A DNA stretch of 64,000 nt from assembly GCA_036785375.1 (NCBI GenBank), contig JAWMAR010001695.1:1-64000 (forward strand), in the 5' to 3' direction. The position numbers and the translations under genes were made by a program. How positions within the stretch are numbered: the stretch's first letter is position 1; each line of letters opens with the position of its first letter. The stretch is from Leucoraja ocellata. Taxonomy: Eukaryota. Of this stretch, positions 62,362 to 64,000 are shown in pieces. Below the pieces are notes generated by a model. The model was not told the DNA's origin. It did not search any database and worked only from the letters and a program-made list of their open reading frames with translations.

Positions 62362-62622
62362 GAGACAAAAGGATCTGCAGGTACTGGATTCCTGCATAGA
62401 GCCCAGTGCTGGAGTAACTCAGCGGGTCATGCAGCATCTCTGGAGGACATGGATAGGCGACGGTTTGGATCAGGACCCTTCTTCAGGGTGATTATATTAC
62501 AGGGAGAAATTTGAAGATGAGTCCCGACCCGAAACGTCACCTATCCATGTCCTCCAGAGATGCTGGCCTGACCCAGCGAGTTACTCCAGCACTTTGTGTC
62601 CTTTTGTGTGTTAACCAGCATC
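62362..62622. mobile_element. Fold-back PLE-terminus insertion
   Basis: Inverted arms with a ~25-bp central filler. Confidence 0.8.
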
Positions 62623-62894
62623 CATTTCTCCAGTCAGCTCCGTTTGTAGATGTCATAAAAAATATGTGAATCGCAGCCAATACGAATATCTCTTCTCCAA
62701 TTTTGACCTTCAATTTTCAGAGTGCACTAAACTTCCATCCACTAAATGCAGAATGTGCAAGTCTTCTTTGTATATCATTTAATTGCAGTGATTTTATTAA
62801 TAAGGCTACTCAAGCTGATTTGTGCATTCAAAGGCTGGCACCTATTGATCCAGGTACCTCAATGCTGTTGACAAAGAATTATCAACTACTTGGG

Positions 62895-63220
62895 GGGACG
62901 GCAGAGTGGCACAGCAGGTAGAGCTGCTGCCGCGAAGCACCAGAGACCTGGGTTCGAACCTGACCTCCACTTCTGTCCGCGTGGAGTTTGCATGTTCCCC
63001 CTGTGGCCGCACGGTTTTCCTCCAAGTGCTCCGGTTTCCTCCCGCATCCCAAAGACGCGCGGGTTTGTTGGTGAATTGGCCTCCGTAAATTGGCTCTGGT
63101 GTGCAGGGAGTGGATGAGAAAGTGGGAAGGCATCAAACTAGTGTCAACGGGTGATCAGTGTGGACTCGATGGGCCAAAGGGCCTGTTTCCATACTGTATC
63201 TCTGAACTAAATTAAACTAA
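62895..63220 (+). mobile_element. HE1-like SINE
   Basis: A and B boxes (ggttcgaacc), V-core, (ctaaa) tail. Confidence 0.8.
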
Positions 63221-64000
63221 TTTCCCCATATGCAATCAAACACTGTAAATGTATCCGTGTGTTGGACGTGATGAACCTTTCTCCGAGCTTCCCAACCGTG
63301 TTTCCTCAAAGACTGTGAACTTGTAGTGCAGCCTTAGTCAGACAATTTTATGCAACCTTAGACAATTATTTTTTCTCAACAGTCTTCTGAAAAGCTGTTA
63401 TTTGTTTACTGGCAGAAGTAAGTCACAGTTTGGAGCAAGAGCTATTAAAGATGTTTTTCAACTGTGTCAGACACTTTTCTTGCTGGAGATAAAGTGCCTT
63501 TGGCTCCACGATACGCAAAAAAATTCTGTCTCTTGCTGGTCCCCGAGAAAGGAACTGTGTGCTGCCTTGTTCTAGCGATTTCGAATATTCAAGGGTCATA
63601 AATCAGCAGAAGTCTTCGGCACAAACAGTCGAAATGCGAAAGTTTTTATAAACTTTCACAGCAAGGCACTTCAAGTCAAGCGGAAAGCAGTCGGCTGTTG
63701 TTTGTGGACATTATGAAAAATGTGAGAACCAAAACCAATACAAATATCTCTTCCCCAAGTCTGACCTGCAATTTTCAGCACGCATTGGATTTTTTCCAAC
63801 TCATTTATCTTGCCGTTGACGGCGAGAAGTCCAATAAACTTTTCACTGGGATGATTTTTCATGATCAGTTGAAGAAATTCATATTGCAAGTCAGATGTTT
63901 TGTGCTTTGAAGAAGTAAACCACAAATTTTGCCTGTTCCCTAATAACTAGGAAGAGAATACGAGTCATCCATAGTTCAGACGCGGTGGTCTTTTTGTTCG

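Noticed and set aside
1882-62622. Recurrent palindromic repeats as a CRISPR-like array
   Set aside because: They are dispersed, variable in length, TSD-flanked and attached to a GIY-YIG ORF end; there is no regular repeat-spacer period and no cas genes.
63671-63925. Short ORFs at the window end
   Set aside because: No recognisable homology or convincing splice signals.

Overview
Repeat-dense, apparently non-genic vertebrate DNA. The repeat repertoire points to a cartilaginous fish, probably a skate or ray (inference): HE1-type tRNA-derived V-SINEs, CR1/HER1 LINEs, Rex1/Babar, Tx1/L1, L2, Penelope-like elements and DeuSINE remnants. I recognise no host protein-coding exon. Almost every listed ORF is a transposon fragment or a low-complexity artefact. 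The main feature is a nearly complete, mildly decayed CR1 LINE (~27650-31311) with an SGNH-esterase ORF1 and an APE-RT ORF2. Its ORF1/ORF2 junction carries a correctly phased U_UUA_AAC slippery heptamer followed by a G-rich tract, and ORF2 lies in the -1 frame with no AUG of its own, suggesting programmed -1 ribosomal frameshifting. The second theme is about 30 short Penelope-derived insertions. Many are fold-back palindromes flanked by 9-14 bp target-site duplications (TSDs), and many retain a minimal hammerhead-ribozyme core (CUGA(A/U)GA-A-stemII-GAAAC-GUH). Also present: nested insertions, MITEs, a telomeric-repeat mini-element and several unique TAAT-rich blocks that may be conserved non-coding elements. 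Family assignments come from remembered consensus motifs, not from database searches, and boundaries are approximate unless a TSD is quoted.
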